Source: an uncultured Halanaerobiaceae bacterium
GTDB lineage: Bacteria; Bacillota; Halanaerobiia; Halanaerobiales; Halarsenatibacteraceae
Assembly: GCA_964436625.1 (NCBI GenBank)
Contig: CAYTDP010000003.1
Coordinates: 49-64,048 of the forward strand
Direction: 5' to 3'
Length of the DNA stretch: 64,000 nucleotides
Below the pieces are notes generated by a model that was not told the origin of the DNA, did not search any database, and saw only the letters and a list, made by a program, of their open reading frames with translations. The translations under genes and the position numbers were made by a program. This document shows, piece after piece, positions 33,957 through 45,758 of the stretch (position 1 is its first letter; each line of letters opens with the position of its first letter).

Positions 33957-34808
33957 TTAATCGTAGAGATAAAATCCCTGGCCGCTTTTACGTCCCAGCT
34001 GTCCGGCCCTTACCTTTCTCTTTATCAGCGGGCAGGGCCGATATTTATCATCGCCAAATTCTTCGTGCAGAGTCTCCATGATCGATAGACATACATCGAG
34101 GCCGATCAGATCCCCCAGCGCCAGCGGCCCCATGGGATGGTTGGCTCCTTTGCGCATAGCTTTATCTATATCCGCTGCTTCCGCCACCTGATTTTGTAGC
34201 ATAAAAGCAGCCTCGTTGACCATGGGAATTAAGATTCTATTTACTATAAATCCGGGAGACTCGCGCACTTCCACAACTTCCTTGCCTGTGTCACTCATAA
34301 AACGGCAGACTCTGGAAAAAACACTGTCTTCAGTGGTAAGGCCCTCTACACATTCAACCAGTTCCATGATGGGAACCGGATTGAAAAAATGAACTCCCAT
34401 CATTTTTTCCGGTCGATCAGTCATAGATGCCAGCTCGGTTATACTGAGAGCTGAGGTGTTGGTTGCTAAAATGGTTTCAGAGGGACAGATGGTGTCCAGA
34501 TCCTGAAAAATCTTCTTTTTGATATCTTTCTTCTCAGAAGCAGCTTCGATGATAAGCTCTCTATCCTTCATAAGTTTGAGATCGGTTGTGGTCTCTATTG
34601 AATCAAGAATCTTATCCTTATTTTCAGAGCTTAGACGATCTTTTTCCACCAGCTTATTCAAAGATTTTTCGATGCGTTCTTCGGCATCTTCCAGAAATTG
34701 TATTTTGATATCATGCAGCACCACATCACAGCCGGCCGCAGCCAGATGCTGAGCTATACCGCTGCCCATTGTCCCGGCCCCCACAACTCCAATCCTGCTC
34801 ATTTCCAT
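33957..34808 (-). CDS. hbd: 3-hydroxybutyryl-CoA dehydrogenase
   Basis: GAGTMGSG, NTSALS, HFFNPV, GFIVNR, HPMGPL. Confidence 0.93.
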   Translation of the reverse strand: MEMSRIGVVGAGTMGSGIAQHLAAAGCDVVLHDIKIQFLEDAEERIEKSLNKLVEKDRLSSENKDKILDSIETTTDLKLMKDRELIIEAASEKKDIKKKIFQDLDTICPSETILATNTSALSITELASMTDRPEKMMGVHFFNPVPIMELVECVEGLTTEDSVFSRVCRFMSDTGKEVVEVRESPGFIVNRILIPMVNEAAFMLQNQVAEAADIDKAMRKGANHPMGPLALGDLIGLDVCLSIMETLHEEFGDDKYRPCPLIKRKVRAGQLGRKSGQGFYLYD

Positions 34809-34811
34809 AAT

Positions 34812-35417
34812 TTAATCACCCCTGCTAAGTTTTTTGGCGAAAGCTGTCAGTCTTTCCCCCAGCTTTTCAGCCAGCTTTCGGGCTTCCTCGTCGTCAGTAA
34901 TTTTTCGAAAATTCCCGTCATCTTTCTTTCTTGTGCCGACAACCCATCCCGGCTCGGTCACGGGATTATTTTTGCCTCCTATAACCACCATGCCGTGCAG
35001 AAGTGCAAATCGATGAAGAAATTCTATAACATGCTCCCCTCCACCCTGTTTTAGTCCGGAACTGGCCAGAGCGGCGAAGGGTTTGTCGGCAAGTCTGTGT
35101 CCATCCATCTTGAGATAGCGGGTGCGGTCCAGAAAAGCTTTGAAATTTGCAGGAATAGAAGCGAAGTAGCTGGGAGCAGCAAGAATTAGACCATCGGCTG
35201 ACTCCATACTGCTGGCTGCCCGGGTAAGGTCGTCCTCTATGACACACTGCTTTTCCCTGAGACAGCTGTCACAGCCCCGGCAGTGCTCGATGGTGTAATC
35301 TGTCAGATCCAGCAGGGCGCTGTCAGCCCCCTGGCTGCGAACTCCTTCAAGAGCACCCTCGAGCAGAAAATGGGTGCCTCTTTGAACCGGACTCCCCTGA
35401 ATGCCGAGTATTTTCAT
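34812..35417 (-). CDS. Iron-sulfur flavoprotein / NADPH-dependent FMN reductase family
   Basis: GSP start, CRGCDSCLREKQC compact Cys motif, PSYF, GGGE. Confidence 0.85.
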   Translation of the reverse strand: MKILGIQGSPVQRGTHFLLEGALEGVRSQGADSALLDLTDYTIEHCRGCDSCLREKQCVIEDDLTRAASSMESADGLILAAPSYFASIPANFKAFLDRTRYLKMDGHRLADKPFAALASSGLKQGGGEHVIEFLHRFALLHGMVVIGGKNNPVTEPGWVVGTRKKDDGNFRKITDDEEARKLAEKLGERLTAFAKKLSRGD

Positions 35418-35435
35418 CTGTAAATCTCCCCCCTG

Positions 35436-35470
35436 AAAAAAATCCGGAAATATCTCCGGGATTATTTTTT
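35436..35470 (-). terminator. Possible terminator hairpin after crt
   Basis: AATCCCGGA-loop-TCCGGATT flanked by A/T runs on both sides. Confidence 0.45.
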
Positions 35471-35524
35471 ACACAATAATATAATGTGTCTGTCTGTTTG
35501 ATCGGTTGATTTTAGGGCTATAAT

Positions 35525-36298
35525 TTAAATATTTTCGTCAATGAAGCCCTTGGAATCTCTGATATTTTCTGGATAGTCCTCGCGGGCAAAGCAGGTACCG
35601 AAAGCTTCAGTTTCGTAACTGCTGCCGGAGAGGTGCCCCTCGCGAATGCCGTGATTTATGGCCGACTTTATAAGCCCTACAGCTTCAGGAACATGATTGG
35701 CTATCTGTCTGCCCAGCTTGCGGGAGGAACGAAGAAGATCTCTGGGAGTAACCAATCTGTTTATAAGCCCAACCTCATAAGCTTCACTGGCATCAATTAT
35801 TTTGCCGGTGAACATAAGCTCTTTGGCCAGTCCCATACCGACCATGCGTGGCAGCCGCTGGGTACCATCAAAACCCGGAACAAGCCCCAGTTTCACCTCC
35901 GGTTGACCGAATCGGGCCCGGCTGGAAGCCAATCTCAAATCACAGGCCAGAGCCAGCTCAAGCCCTCCCCCCAGAGCATAACCATTGATCGCGGCCAGAG
36001 CTATTTTGCTGCTCTTTTCTATGTCGCTGCATATAGATTGACCCAGCCTCGAAAGCTCGCGCGCTCCTCTCGGCGTAAGATCCTCAAGCCAGTCCAGGTC
36101 CGCGCCCACGCTGAATGATTTCGATCCCATGCCGGTAAGAATGATTATACGAATTTCATCTTCCTTGCGAATCTCCTCCAGTGCTCGCTGCAGTTCCAGG
36201 AGCATCTCCTTATGATAGGCGTTCATGACTTCCGGACGATTGAGAGTAATAAGGGAAAGACAGTCGTCCTTTTCCAGGCTTATATACTGATAATTCAC
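35525..36298 (-). CDS. crt: Enoyl-CoA hydratase (crotonase)
   Basis: LNRPEVMNA, GADL, GGGLELALACD, GQPEVKLG. Confidence 0.9.
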   Translation of the reverse strand: MNYQYISLEKDDCLSLITLNRPEVMNAYHKEMLLELQRALEEIRKEDEIRIIILTGMGSKSFSVGADLDWLEDLTPRGARELSRLGQSICSDIEKSSKIALAAINGYALGGGLELALACDLRLASSRARFGQPEVKLGLVPGFDGTQRLPRMVGMGLAKELMFTGKIIDASEAYEVGLINRLVTPRDLLRSSRKLGRQIANHVPEAVGLIKSAINHGIREGHLSGSSYETEAFGTCFAREDYPENIRDSKGFIDENI

Positions 36299-36343
36299 AT
36301 TATAACCTCCCAGGCTTTACTTTTCTTGCCCGATCTGACGGGT

Positions 36344-37975
<1,632 letters not shown>

Positions 37976-39658
37976 CTACATCTGCTCCGGCGCGGAAACG
38001 CCGATCAAATTAAGCGCATTGATCAATACCGTCCTGGTTACTTCTACCAGCTTGAGCCGGGTGAGACTTTGAGAGCGGTCATCGCCCAGAACCTGACATT
38101 TATTATAAAATACGTGGAAGGCGTTTGCCAGATCATATATGTAGTTAGCCAGCCTGTGGGGAGCACGCCCCCGGGCGGCTTCCTTTACTTCTTCGGGAAA
38201 ATATACAAGATGGCGCAAAAGCTCCAGCCCGGCCTCGCTGTCCAGAAGAGACCAATCGGCTGCGGACAGGTCCTCACAGAGATCTCCGGCTTTCTCGATT
38301 ATGCTGCAGATACGGGCATGTGAATACTGAATATAGTATACCGGATTATCCTTGGATTCCTTTTTGGCCAGGTCGAGATCAAAATCGAAATGGCTGTCGG
38401 TGCTGCGCATTATGAAAAAATAACGGGCAGCATCCAGACCTATTTCATCCATTAGCTCACGCATGGTGACAAATTCACCCTCGCGCTTGGACATGGGCAG
38501 CCTTTCGCCGCCGCGCAGAAGGTTAACTATCTGGACTATTATGATTTCCAGTTTATCCTTTTCATGGCCGAGAGCTTCGATAGAAGCTTTCATCCTATCT
38601 ATATACCCGTGATGATCGGCTCCCCAGACATTTATTATTTTGTCGAATCCTCGTTCCAGCTTATCCTGATGATAGGCGATATCTGCGGCCATATAGGTGG
38701 GGGATCCATCTGATTTGATCATGACCCTATCTTTATCATCGCCAAATTGAGAGGAGGCAAACCATAACGCTCCTTCTTCTTCATAAATATAATCCTGCTC
38801 GCGCAGATAATCAACGACCTCCTCTATACGATCTTCTTCATGCAGACTTCTTTCGCTGAACCAGTTATCAAATTCTATCCCAAAATCGTTAAGATCCCGC
38901 CGGATGATCTTCAAAATCCGATCATAGGCGAATTCCCGACATATTTCAAAAGCCTCTTCCTCCGATTTGTTCAGCAGCTCCCGTCCGTATTCCTCCTTTA
39001 ACTCCTCTGCTATCTCGATCAGATACTCGCCTCGATAGCTGTTTTTTGGCATCTCTATCTCCTGTCCGAAAAGCTCCTGATAGCGCAGAAAAGCTGATCT
39101 GCCCAGAAGCTCCATCTGGTTGCCGGAATCATTGATCAGATACTCCCTTTCCACTTCATAACCTGCATGAGAAAGAATAGATGCTACCGTATCGCCAACA
39201 ACAGCTCCCCGGCTGTGTCCTACGTGCAGAGGGCCGGTGGGATTGACACTGACAAATTCAACCTGAACTTTCCTGCCGCCGCCGAAATCGGTGCGCCCGA
39301 AATCCTCTCCTAGCTCTAAAATTTTATCGGCAGCCTCATAAAGCCAGCTATCATCAAGCCAGAAATTGATAAATCCCGGCCCGGCAATCTCCGTTTTTTC
39401 CACTAAATCGCTGGAAAATTCCTCCTTTAAACCTTCGGCCACCTGGCGGGGATTCATATTCAGCCTTCCCCCCAGTGCCAGGGCCAGATTGCTGGCATAA
39501 TCTCCGTGATCATCCTCGCGGGGCACCTCCACTTCAACCGGGGGCAGATCGGAATTCGCGATATCGGGATCGAGAAAACTTTCTCTAGCCGAGCGAAGCT
39601 CTTCGATCAATTCTTCTTCAACTTCCTGGACTGGGTTAAACGACATCCTGTCCTGCAC
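37976..39658 (-). CDS. argS: Arginyl-tRNA synthetase
   Basis: GPGFINF, PTGPLHVGH (HIGH), WGADHHGY, MSKR, YIQYSHARI. Confidence 0.98.
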   Translation of the reverse strand: MQDRMSFNPVQEVEEELIEELRSARESFLDPDIANSDLPPVEVEVPREDDHGDYASNLALALGGRLNMNPRQVAEGLKEEFSSDLVEKTEIAGPGFINFWLDDSWLYEAADKILELGEDFGRTDFGGGRKVQVEFVSVNPTGPLHVGHSRGAVVGDTVASILSHAGYEVEREYLINDSGNQMELLGRSAFLRYQELFGQEIEMPKNSYRGEYLIEIAEELKEEYGRELLNKSEEEAFEICREFAYDRILKIIRRDLNDFGIEFDNWFSERSLHEEDRIEEVVDYLREQDYIYEEEGALWFASSQFGDDKDRVMIKSDGSPTYMAADIAYHQDKLERGFDKIINVWGADHHGYIDRMKASIEALGHEKDKLEIIIVQIVNLLRGGERLPMSKREGEFVTMRELMDEIGLDAARYFFIMRSTDSHFDFDLDLAKKESKDNPVYYIQYSHARICSIIEKAGDLCEDLSAADWSLLDSEAGLELLRHLVYFPEEVKEAARGRAPHRLANYIYDLANAFHVFYNKCQVLGDDRSQSLTRLKLVEVTRTVLINALNLIGVSAPEQM

Positions 39659-39674
39659 TCCTTCCTGAAATTGC

Positions 39675-40079
39675 TTAGATTCTTTCCTGTCCTAATTTTT
39701 CTCCATCAGCTTTCTTCTTGAGAGTTTCAAAATCTTTGACCACACAACCCTGCTTTTCGAGCTGTTCCATAAGTTTTTTTAATGCTTTAGTGCTGCCAAT
39801 CAAAGAGGAAGTTATAAAGGCAAAAGCATCCTGGCCCACGGTATGTTTGCAGCGATCGAGCGTGGGAGAAATATCTTCGGCCGGCCTTCCTTTTATCAAA
39901 CCCTTGGTAGGGCTGCCCACAATAACCAGGTCGTATTTATGAAAGCTGATTTCGTCTCCTTCCCCGGAAGCAGCCAGAAGTTCTGCTCTGTGTCCCTGAG
40001 ATTCAGCTCCCTCTTTTATCCCACGGGCCACTTTTTCGGCATCGCCTTCCTGCGAGTAAATGATGAGAATATTTTTCAT
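39675..40079 (-). CDS. Flavodoxin-like protein
   Basis: IIYS..G.AEKVA, YDLVIVGSPT short flavodoxin pattern. Confidence 0.7.
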   Translation of the reverse strand: MKNILIIYSQEGDAEKVARGIKEGAESQGHRAELLAASGEGDEISFHKYDLVIVGSPTKGLIKGRPAEDISPTLDRCKHTVGQDAFAFITSSLIGSTKALKKLMEQLEKQGCVVKDFETLKKKADGEKLGQERI

Positions 40080-40135
40080 TCCTATATTCTCTCCTTCCCG
40101 TGCTTCGACCCGGTTCTACATCTCTCTATTATTTA

Positions 40136-40160
40136 TTTCCACTCTCACCGAAAAAATCCT
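40136..40160 (-). promoter_or_regulatory. Weaker sigma-H-like promoter candidate
   Basis: AGGATTT-N14-GAAA upstream of the flavodoxin-argS-pyrG run. Confidence 0.3.
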
Positions 40161-40341
40161 GTATTTTTTTTGCGGTATAGTCGAGTGACAGCGATCGCTG
40201 CAGGGAAAATTTAATGAGAGGATTCACATAATTAAACAGATAAACAGGAGGAAAGCATAAGCTGCCTGAAAGAAATACCGGCAAATTCCAGCAGCTCATG
40301 ATTTCCCCCTGCTTCTGAATGTTTTGATCAAATTTTCAAAG

Positions 40342-40665
40342 TTACTGGGCGAGTTCGAGCTCCTTGAGCAGTTTGCCCTTGGGCATGTAACCTACCAGTT
40401 TGTTATCAACTTCTCCATCATTGAACACAATCATAGTAGGGATGCTCATAACTTCAAATCTGGAAGCTGTTTCCTGATTATCATCCACATTTAACTTGCA
40501 AACTTTCAATTCATCTTCGTAGTTTTCAGCTATCTCCTCGATCACCGGAGCCAGCATCTTGCAGGGACCGCACCATGATGCCCAAAAGTCTACCAGCACC
40601 GGTCTGTCAGCCTCCAGCACTTCCTCTTCAAAATTCTCATCTGTTACTTCTATTGGTTCGCTCAT
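40342..40665 (-). CDS. trxA: Thioredoxin
   Basis: WCGPC, SIPT. Confidence 0.97.
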   Translation of the reverse strand: MSEPIEVTDENFEEEVLEADRPVLVDFWASWCGPCKMLAPVIEEIAENYEDELKVCKLNVDDNQETASRFEVMSIPTMIVFNDGEVDNKLVGYMPKGKLLKELELAQ

Positions 40666-40791
40666 ATTTTAATCCTCCCGATTTAATTTGATGTAATAAA
40701 AACAGCGTTATAATCTTTATTTTCTACTATATTATCATAACTACTGCCGACATAAAAGTAAGTAAACCAGTATACAAGAAATACCCGGCTT

Positions 40792-42141
40792 TTATTCCAC
40801 TTTCTTTTCTGCAACCATTCCCAGCACAGCCACCGGATCTTTGGGGGTGGAATAGGGAGGAGCATAGCCGAGATCCATCTGGAAAAGGTCATCAGCTGTC
40901 TGCCCGGCATAGATAGCGCTGGCCAGCACATCGATTCTTTTATCAACTCCATCTCTACCCACTGCGGCAGCCCCCAGTATTCGTCCGGAGCTGCGGTCAA
41001 ACACACCGCGCAGAGAAAAGGGATCAAAACCCGGATAATAATGGGCATGGTTGGGTACTTTCACAGAAATCGGAACGGGATCGAATCCAGCTTCGACTGC
41101 CTCTTCGACCTGAATACCGGTGGCAGCTACAGTGTAATCAAAAACCTTGGTGATTCCGGTCTTAAGTACACCGCGATGCTCGGCTTCTGCTCCGGCAGCA
41201 CAGGCGCCGGCCGTTCTGCCCTGTTTATTGGCGGTAGATCCCAGCGGCACCCATGTTCTCTCTCCAGTCACCAGATTAACAGTCTCAGCACAGTCACCGC
41301 AGGCATAGATGTTTTCACGATTTGTTTCCATTCCGGTATTTACCCGAATAGCATCGCTAACTCCCAGTTCGATGCCAGCCTCCGCAGCCAGCTCCGTGTC
41401 CGGACTGATGCCGATAGAATTCAAAACCAGATCGGTTTTCAGTTTCCGACCGCTTTCAGTAACCACCTCTCTCACTTTATCTCCGCCGGAAAAATTGCTG
41501 ACGCCATCATTCAGCACCAGATCTACTTCCTTTTCACGCAGATGATCTTCGAGTTTTTCAGAGAGCGCATCAGGAATAAGAGGCAGCACATGTTCCTGTT
41601 GTTCTACCATGGTAACATCCAGGCCCAGCTCTGAAAATGATTCAGCCATTTCCAGACCTATCAGGCCCGCTCCTACAATCGTTACCTTCTCCATCCCGGG
41701 CAGCTGAACTTTCTGCTTTATGCGATCAGCATCGACCGCTCGCCTGAGAGTAAAGATATTATCCAGTTCTATCCCCGGAATAGGAGGAACTACAGGTGAA
41801 GCACCGGTGGCTATAATCAGCCTATCAAAATCTTCGCTGCCTGATTTGCTGCAGTTTAAATCTTCGTATTCAACACTGTGATCATCGAGATTTAGGGAGG
41901 TGACTTTATGTCCGGTCTTAACATCCACTCCATACTTTTCCGAAAAATCGGCAGGATAATTGGCGATAATCTGATCGCGTTCGGGAATAACTCCTGAAAT
42001 GTAATAGGGTAAACCGCAGCCAGCATAGGAAATATCCTGACCTTTTTCCAGCATTACAATTTCGGCATCTTCCAGCTCACGCGAAGCTTTGGCGGCCGCG
42101 CTGGTGCCGGCGGCCACCCCTCCTATAATAACTATTTTCAA
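40792..42141 (-). CDS. CoA-disulfide reductase / NADH oxidase-like flavoprotein
   Basis: GGVAAG, SYAGCGLPY (single redox Cys), GAGLIGLE, YAPPYS. Confidence 0.88.
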   Translation of the reverse strand: MKIVIIGGVAAGTSAAAKASRELEDAEIVMLEKGQDISYAGCGLPYYISGVIPERDQIIANYPADFSEKYGVDVKTGHKVTSLNLDDHSVEYEDLNCSKSGSEDFDRLIIATGASPVVPPIPGIELDNIFTLRRAVDADRIKQKVQLPGMEKVTIVGAGLIGLEMAESFSELGLDVTMVEQQEHVLPLIPDALSEKLEDHLREKEVDLVLNDGVSNFSGGDKVREVVTESGRKLKTDLVLNSIGISPDTELAAEAGIELGVSDAIRVNTGMETNRENIYACGDCAETVNLVTGERTWVPLGSTANKQGRTAGACAAGAEAEHRGVLKTGITKVFDYTVAATGIQVEEAVEAGFDPVPISVKVPNHAHYYPGFDPFSLRGVFDRSSGRILGAAAVGRDGVDKRIDVLASAIYAGQTADDLFQMDLGYAPPYSTPKDPVAVLGMVAEKKVE

Positions 42142-42338
42142 AAATTTTCCTCCTTAGTCAAATCAGATTTTTATATTCTGTCATCTTATATGGGTTGAAT
42201 AGCAGTCTCGGGAGTTAACCTGGCTATATCTGTATTTTCCTTGACATCTAAACTTCTCCAATACTCATCCAGAAATTTTCACATCAGTCTGTTTCAACAG
42301 ACCATTAAATTAATCTTATTTTCAAAACCTCGAAATGT

Positions 42339-43220
42339 TTACCTCCAACTTCTCCCGGACTGTCGGCGGCGGGTCCAGGAAATTAACCGAAATACCGAGC
42401 CAAATCCGACTATGAAGCTGACAAATTCGGGCAGGCCCGGATCGACTGGAATCACCCCGGCCACCGAGCCCAGAATCAATCCGCTGAGTAAAAACATGAG
42501 CTGACGACGATAACGTCTGATAAGCCAGCTCAAAAGCCAGGCAAAAACCAGCAGACCGACAATTGTACCCAGCCCATAAACAAATAATACCAGGAGCTGA
42601 AGTTCAGCTATGGCTGTAATAATCTGGCGATAAACCCCTAAAACCACAAAGAGGCTGGCACCGCTGATGCCGGGCAGCAGCATGGTCACCGAACCGAGTA
42701 TGCTGGCCCCAAAAATCATGATGAGCGGAGCGGCAGCATCGGTCTCTCCTTCCCCGGTTAACAGCAGCGCCAGAAAGATACCCAGAGCCGCTAGAAAAAA
42801 ATTGACTATTCTCGATCTATTGCGGGAAACATCGCGCCGGGCTTCATGCCAGGTAACCCTTAGAGAAGCAAGAATCATGCCAGCCAGAAGCGCCATCAGA
42901 GGATTTGGATAGAGATCAAATATGCGGTCGATCACGGTGGCTCCCAGCATCGCCCCCAGTCCGGCTCCCGCTCCCAGTGGCATTAAAAAGGGGAGGTCGA
43001 TATTCTTGATGGCCAAAAGGAGAGGTTCGTATATATAAAAAATGAGAGCAACAGTGCCCCCGCTCATTCCCGGAAGGGTGTTGGCCACCCCGAATGGCAG
43101 CCCCTCTAAAAAAAGTTGAACTGCTCCGGGACGCTCTTCGGAAGATGTGAATTTTTCAGGCCTGCTGCCGCCGCTTTCCCTGCATTCATTCTGGGCTTTC
43201 TCCTTTTCCGATTCATTCAT
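42339..43220 (-). CDS. DUF368 family membrane protein
   Basis: G.ANTLPGMSGGTVAL and LLPGISGA repeats; likely start ATG 43220 overlapping the GH65 stop. Confidence 0.85.
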   Translation of the reverse strand: MNESEKEKAQNECRESGGSRPEKFTSSEERPGAVQLFLEGLPFGVANTLPGMSGGTVALIFYIYEPLLLAIKNIDLPFLMPLGAGAGLGAMLGATVIDRIFDLYPNPLMALLAGMILASLRVTWHEARRDVSRNRSRIVNFFLAALGIFLALLLTGEGETDAAAPLIMIFGASILGSVTMLLPGISGASLFVVLGVYRQIITAIAELQLLVLFVYGLGTIVGLLVFAWLLSWLIRRYRRQLMFLLSGLILGSVAGVIPVDPGLPEFVSFIVGFGSVFRLISWTRRRQSGRSWR

Positions 43221-45576
43221 CCCGGTTTTCACCGCCATCGAGCGGCACTTCAGCCGGCGAATTCTGAGTCACACTATGCTGCTCCTCGTAAATTGTCAGC
43301 GTCAGCGGTTCGCCCCCGGCCAGTTCAACTTTTATACCGGATCCGGAGATAGAAACCTGTAAAAGCGAATCCTGAAAGTTGAGGTGAAACCGGTAACTGT
43401 CCCAGCTTTCGGGCAGCATTGGGCTCAGGCTGAGCTCCCCACCTTCAGCCCTTTTACCGGCAAAGCCCTCGACCACTGCCATCCAGGTTCCGGCCATGCT
43501 GGTGATATGCAGGCCATCCTCGGTATCACGATTTACATTTTCCAGATCCAGCCGGGCGGTACGGAGATAAAGCTCATATGCCTTCCGGGTATAACCTATC
43601 TCCGCTGCTATCACGGCGTGAACACAGGGCGAAAGCGACGATTCGTGGACAGTGCGCGGCTCATAAAAGTCGAAATTTCTCTTTTTCGTTTTCCGATCAT
43701 AATAATCCGAGAGAAAATAAAGACCCTGCAGTACATCAGCCTGTTTGACATAGGGCGAACGGAGGATTCTATCCCAGGACCAGTTTTGATTTAAAGGCAG
43801 ATCTTCCGGGGCAAGATCGGAGACTTTATCCAGCTTCTTATCGCGATAGCCGTCCTGCTGCTCAAAAATGTCGTACTCCTGCCAGCGAGGCAGATACATA
43901 TTTCCCGCTGTATCGCGCCAGTGTTCGAGTTCTTCCTCCGTCAGCTCCAGCTGAGACAAGAGTTCCTGCCCTCGCTCCGGATGCTCATTTTCGAGATAAT
44001 CTTTCACTTCCAGGGCATAATTAAGACACCAGACCGCCATCCGGTTGGTATACCAGTTATTGTGAACATTATTTTCATATTCATTGGGGCCGGTGACTCC
44101 GATGATCATGTATCTATCACGTCGCGGATTATAATGAGCCCTGTCGGCCCAGAAGCGGGCCACCGAAGCTATAACCTCAAAACCGTAATCGGCCAGATAC
44201 TGCCGATCTCCAGTATGGCGGATATAATTGTAGATGGCATAGACTATGGCCGCATTGCGGTGAATTTCCTCAAAGGTTATCTCCCATTCGTTGTGACATT
44301 CCTCACCGTTCATAGTCACCATGGGGTAAAGAGCACCTTTAATCCCCAGTTTATCGGCGTTTTCGCGGGCCTTATCAAGATGACGATAGCGATATAATAG
44401 CAGATTACGGGCTATTTCGTCATCCTTGCTGTTGAGATAAAATGGAAGACAGTATGCCTCGGTATCCCAGTAAGTAGCCCCGCCGTACTTTTCGCCGGTA
44501 AATCCTTTGGGGCCGATATTGAGCCGGGGATCATGACCGGTATAGGTCTGATTGAGCTGAAAAATATTAAAACGTATGCCCTGCTGGGCCTTTTTGTCCC
44601 CTTCAATTTTGATATCATTTTCTCTCCATATCTCCTGCCAGCTTTCTCTGTGTTCAGCCAGCAGCCCGGAATAACCGCAGGAAGCGGCCGCCCTGGCCCT
44701 GCTTTCAGCCTCCTTCGTTACCCTTTTCTCTTCATAATCGCGATCTGTGGTTACGCCGATGTATTTGGTGAGGTTTAACGCCTCGCCGCGATCAGCGCTG
44801 ATTTCGATATCCTCAGCCACAAATTTTTTGCGATCGATCCTCTCGCTCTGACAGCCGTCAATCTTTCTCACGGGCCGTCCATTGAGCTCCGATCTCATGG
44901 CTGCAGCCACCGTAAAGTCCGATTTTTTTGTACGGAGGGTGAGCTGTCCTCCACCGGCCCGGGCAGCGCGGTCGATCTCATCCCAGAAAATCTCATCGTA
45001 ATTGGCGTCCTCATTTTTGATGGTGCCATCGAGATGGGGCCGAAAGCGGATATCCGCCTTCCCTTCCAGGGGGGTTAAGCTGTAAGAGATAGCAGCGATC
45101 TCGCGCCTGGCCATACTTAAAAAACGCTCGATTGAAACTTCGATGCGATTATCTCCACCGGGCGAAGCTGCTGTAAAATTGCGCCTCAATACCCCTTCCT
45201 TCATATTGAGAATGCGCTCAAAATCTTCAATATGCCACTCTGCCAGGTCCAGCCTCGTCCCGCCAATTTCGATATCGATGCCGATAAAATCGGTCGCATT
45301 GGGGACCTTGGCATAATATTCCGGATAGCCTATCTTCCACCAGCCGACGACCGTCTTATCGGGATAGTAAACTCCTGCTATATAGGTACCCTGCAGGCTG
45401 TCGCCGCTGTAATGCTCTTCAAAATTGCCTCGGATTCCCATATGCCCGTTACCCAGGCTCATGATGCTCTCGGAAAAACGATTTTTGTCCGGGGAAAAAC
45501 CCGATTCAATTATGCGCCATCCATCTACCTGGAAATAATCCTGATAATCTTTCTGATCGCTTTTCATTTCAGCCAT
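43213..45576 (-). CDS. Glycoside hydrolase family 65 phosphorylase (maltose phosphorylase-like)
   Basis: GPKGFTGEKYGGATYWDTE, GPNEYE, KQADV, HESSLS. Confidence 0.92.
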   Translation of the reverse strand: MAEMKSDQKDYQDYFQVDGWRIIESGFSPDKNRFSESIMSLGNGHMGIRGNFEEHYSGDSLQGTYIAGVYYPDKTVVGWWKIGYPEYYAKVPNATDFIGIDIEIGGTRLDLAEWHIEDFERILNMKEGVLRRNFTAASPGGDNRIEVSIERFLSMARREIAAISYSLTPLEGKADIRFRPHLDGTIKNEDANYDEIFWDEIDRAARAGGGQLTLRTKKSDFTVAAAMRSELNGRPVRKIDGCQSERIDRKKFVAEDIEISADRGEALNLTKYIGVTTDRDYEEKRVTKEAESRARAAASCGYSGLLAEHRESWQEIWRENDIKIEGDKKAQQGIRFNIFQLNQTYTGHDPRLNIGPKGFTGEKYGGATYWDTEAYCLPFYLNSKDDEIARNLLLYRYRHLDKARENADKLGIKGALYPMVTMNGEECHNEWEITFEEIHRNAAIVYAIYNYIRHTGDRQYLADYGFEVIASVARFWADRAHYNPRRDRYMIIGVTGPNEYENNVHNNWYTNRMAVWCLNYALEVKDYLENEHPERGQELLSQLELTEEELEHWRDTAGNMYLPRWQEYDIFEQQDGYRDKKLDKVSDLAPEDLPLNQNWSWDRILRSPYVKQADVLQGLYFLSDYYDRKTKKRNFDFYEPRTVHESSLSPCVHAVIAAEIGYTRKAYELYLRTARLDLENVNRDTEDGLHITSMAGTWMAVVEGFAGKRAEGGELSLSPMLPESWDSYRFHLNFQDSLLQVSISGSGIKVELAGGEPLTLTIYEEQHSVTQNSPAEVPLDGGENRDE

Positions 45577-45607
45577 AAATAAACACCTTTCATAAATTTA
45601 AATTGGA

Positions 45608-45648
45608 TTCTTCTTGTTATCAGTTTATAGATATCGTATAAGATCACT
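45608..45648. repeat. 41-bp dispersed repeat, copy 2
   Basis: ttcttcttgttatcagtttatagatatcgtataagatcact; one mismatch against 14746-14786. Confidence 0.9.
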
Positions 45649-45758
45649 TAAAGCAGAGAAAAAATTTCCTTGTGAACTAAGCTTTATATTTTCCAGTATA
45701 ACTAAATACGTTTTTTTGACATCCCTATTTGCCAACTGAAGACAAGAAAATCCTTAAA

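Noticed and set aside
39659-39674. T-box leader for argS
   Set aside because: Only 16 bp of intergenic space; no room for one.
40189-40200. 12-bp palindrome cagcgatcgctg in the trxA-flavodoxin spacer
   Set aside because: Short, single occurrence, no match to an operator I can name.
40683-41048. 121-aa minus-strand ORF overlapping the CoA-disulfide reductase 3' end
   Set aside because: Out-of-frame overlap with a well-supported gene; no motif.
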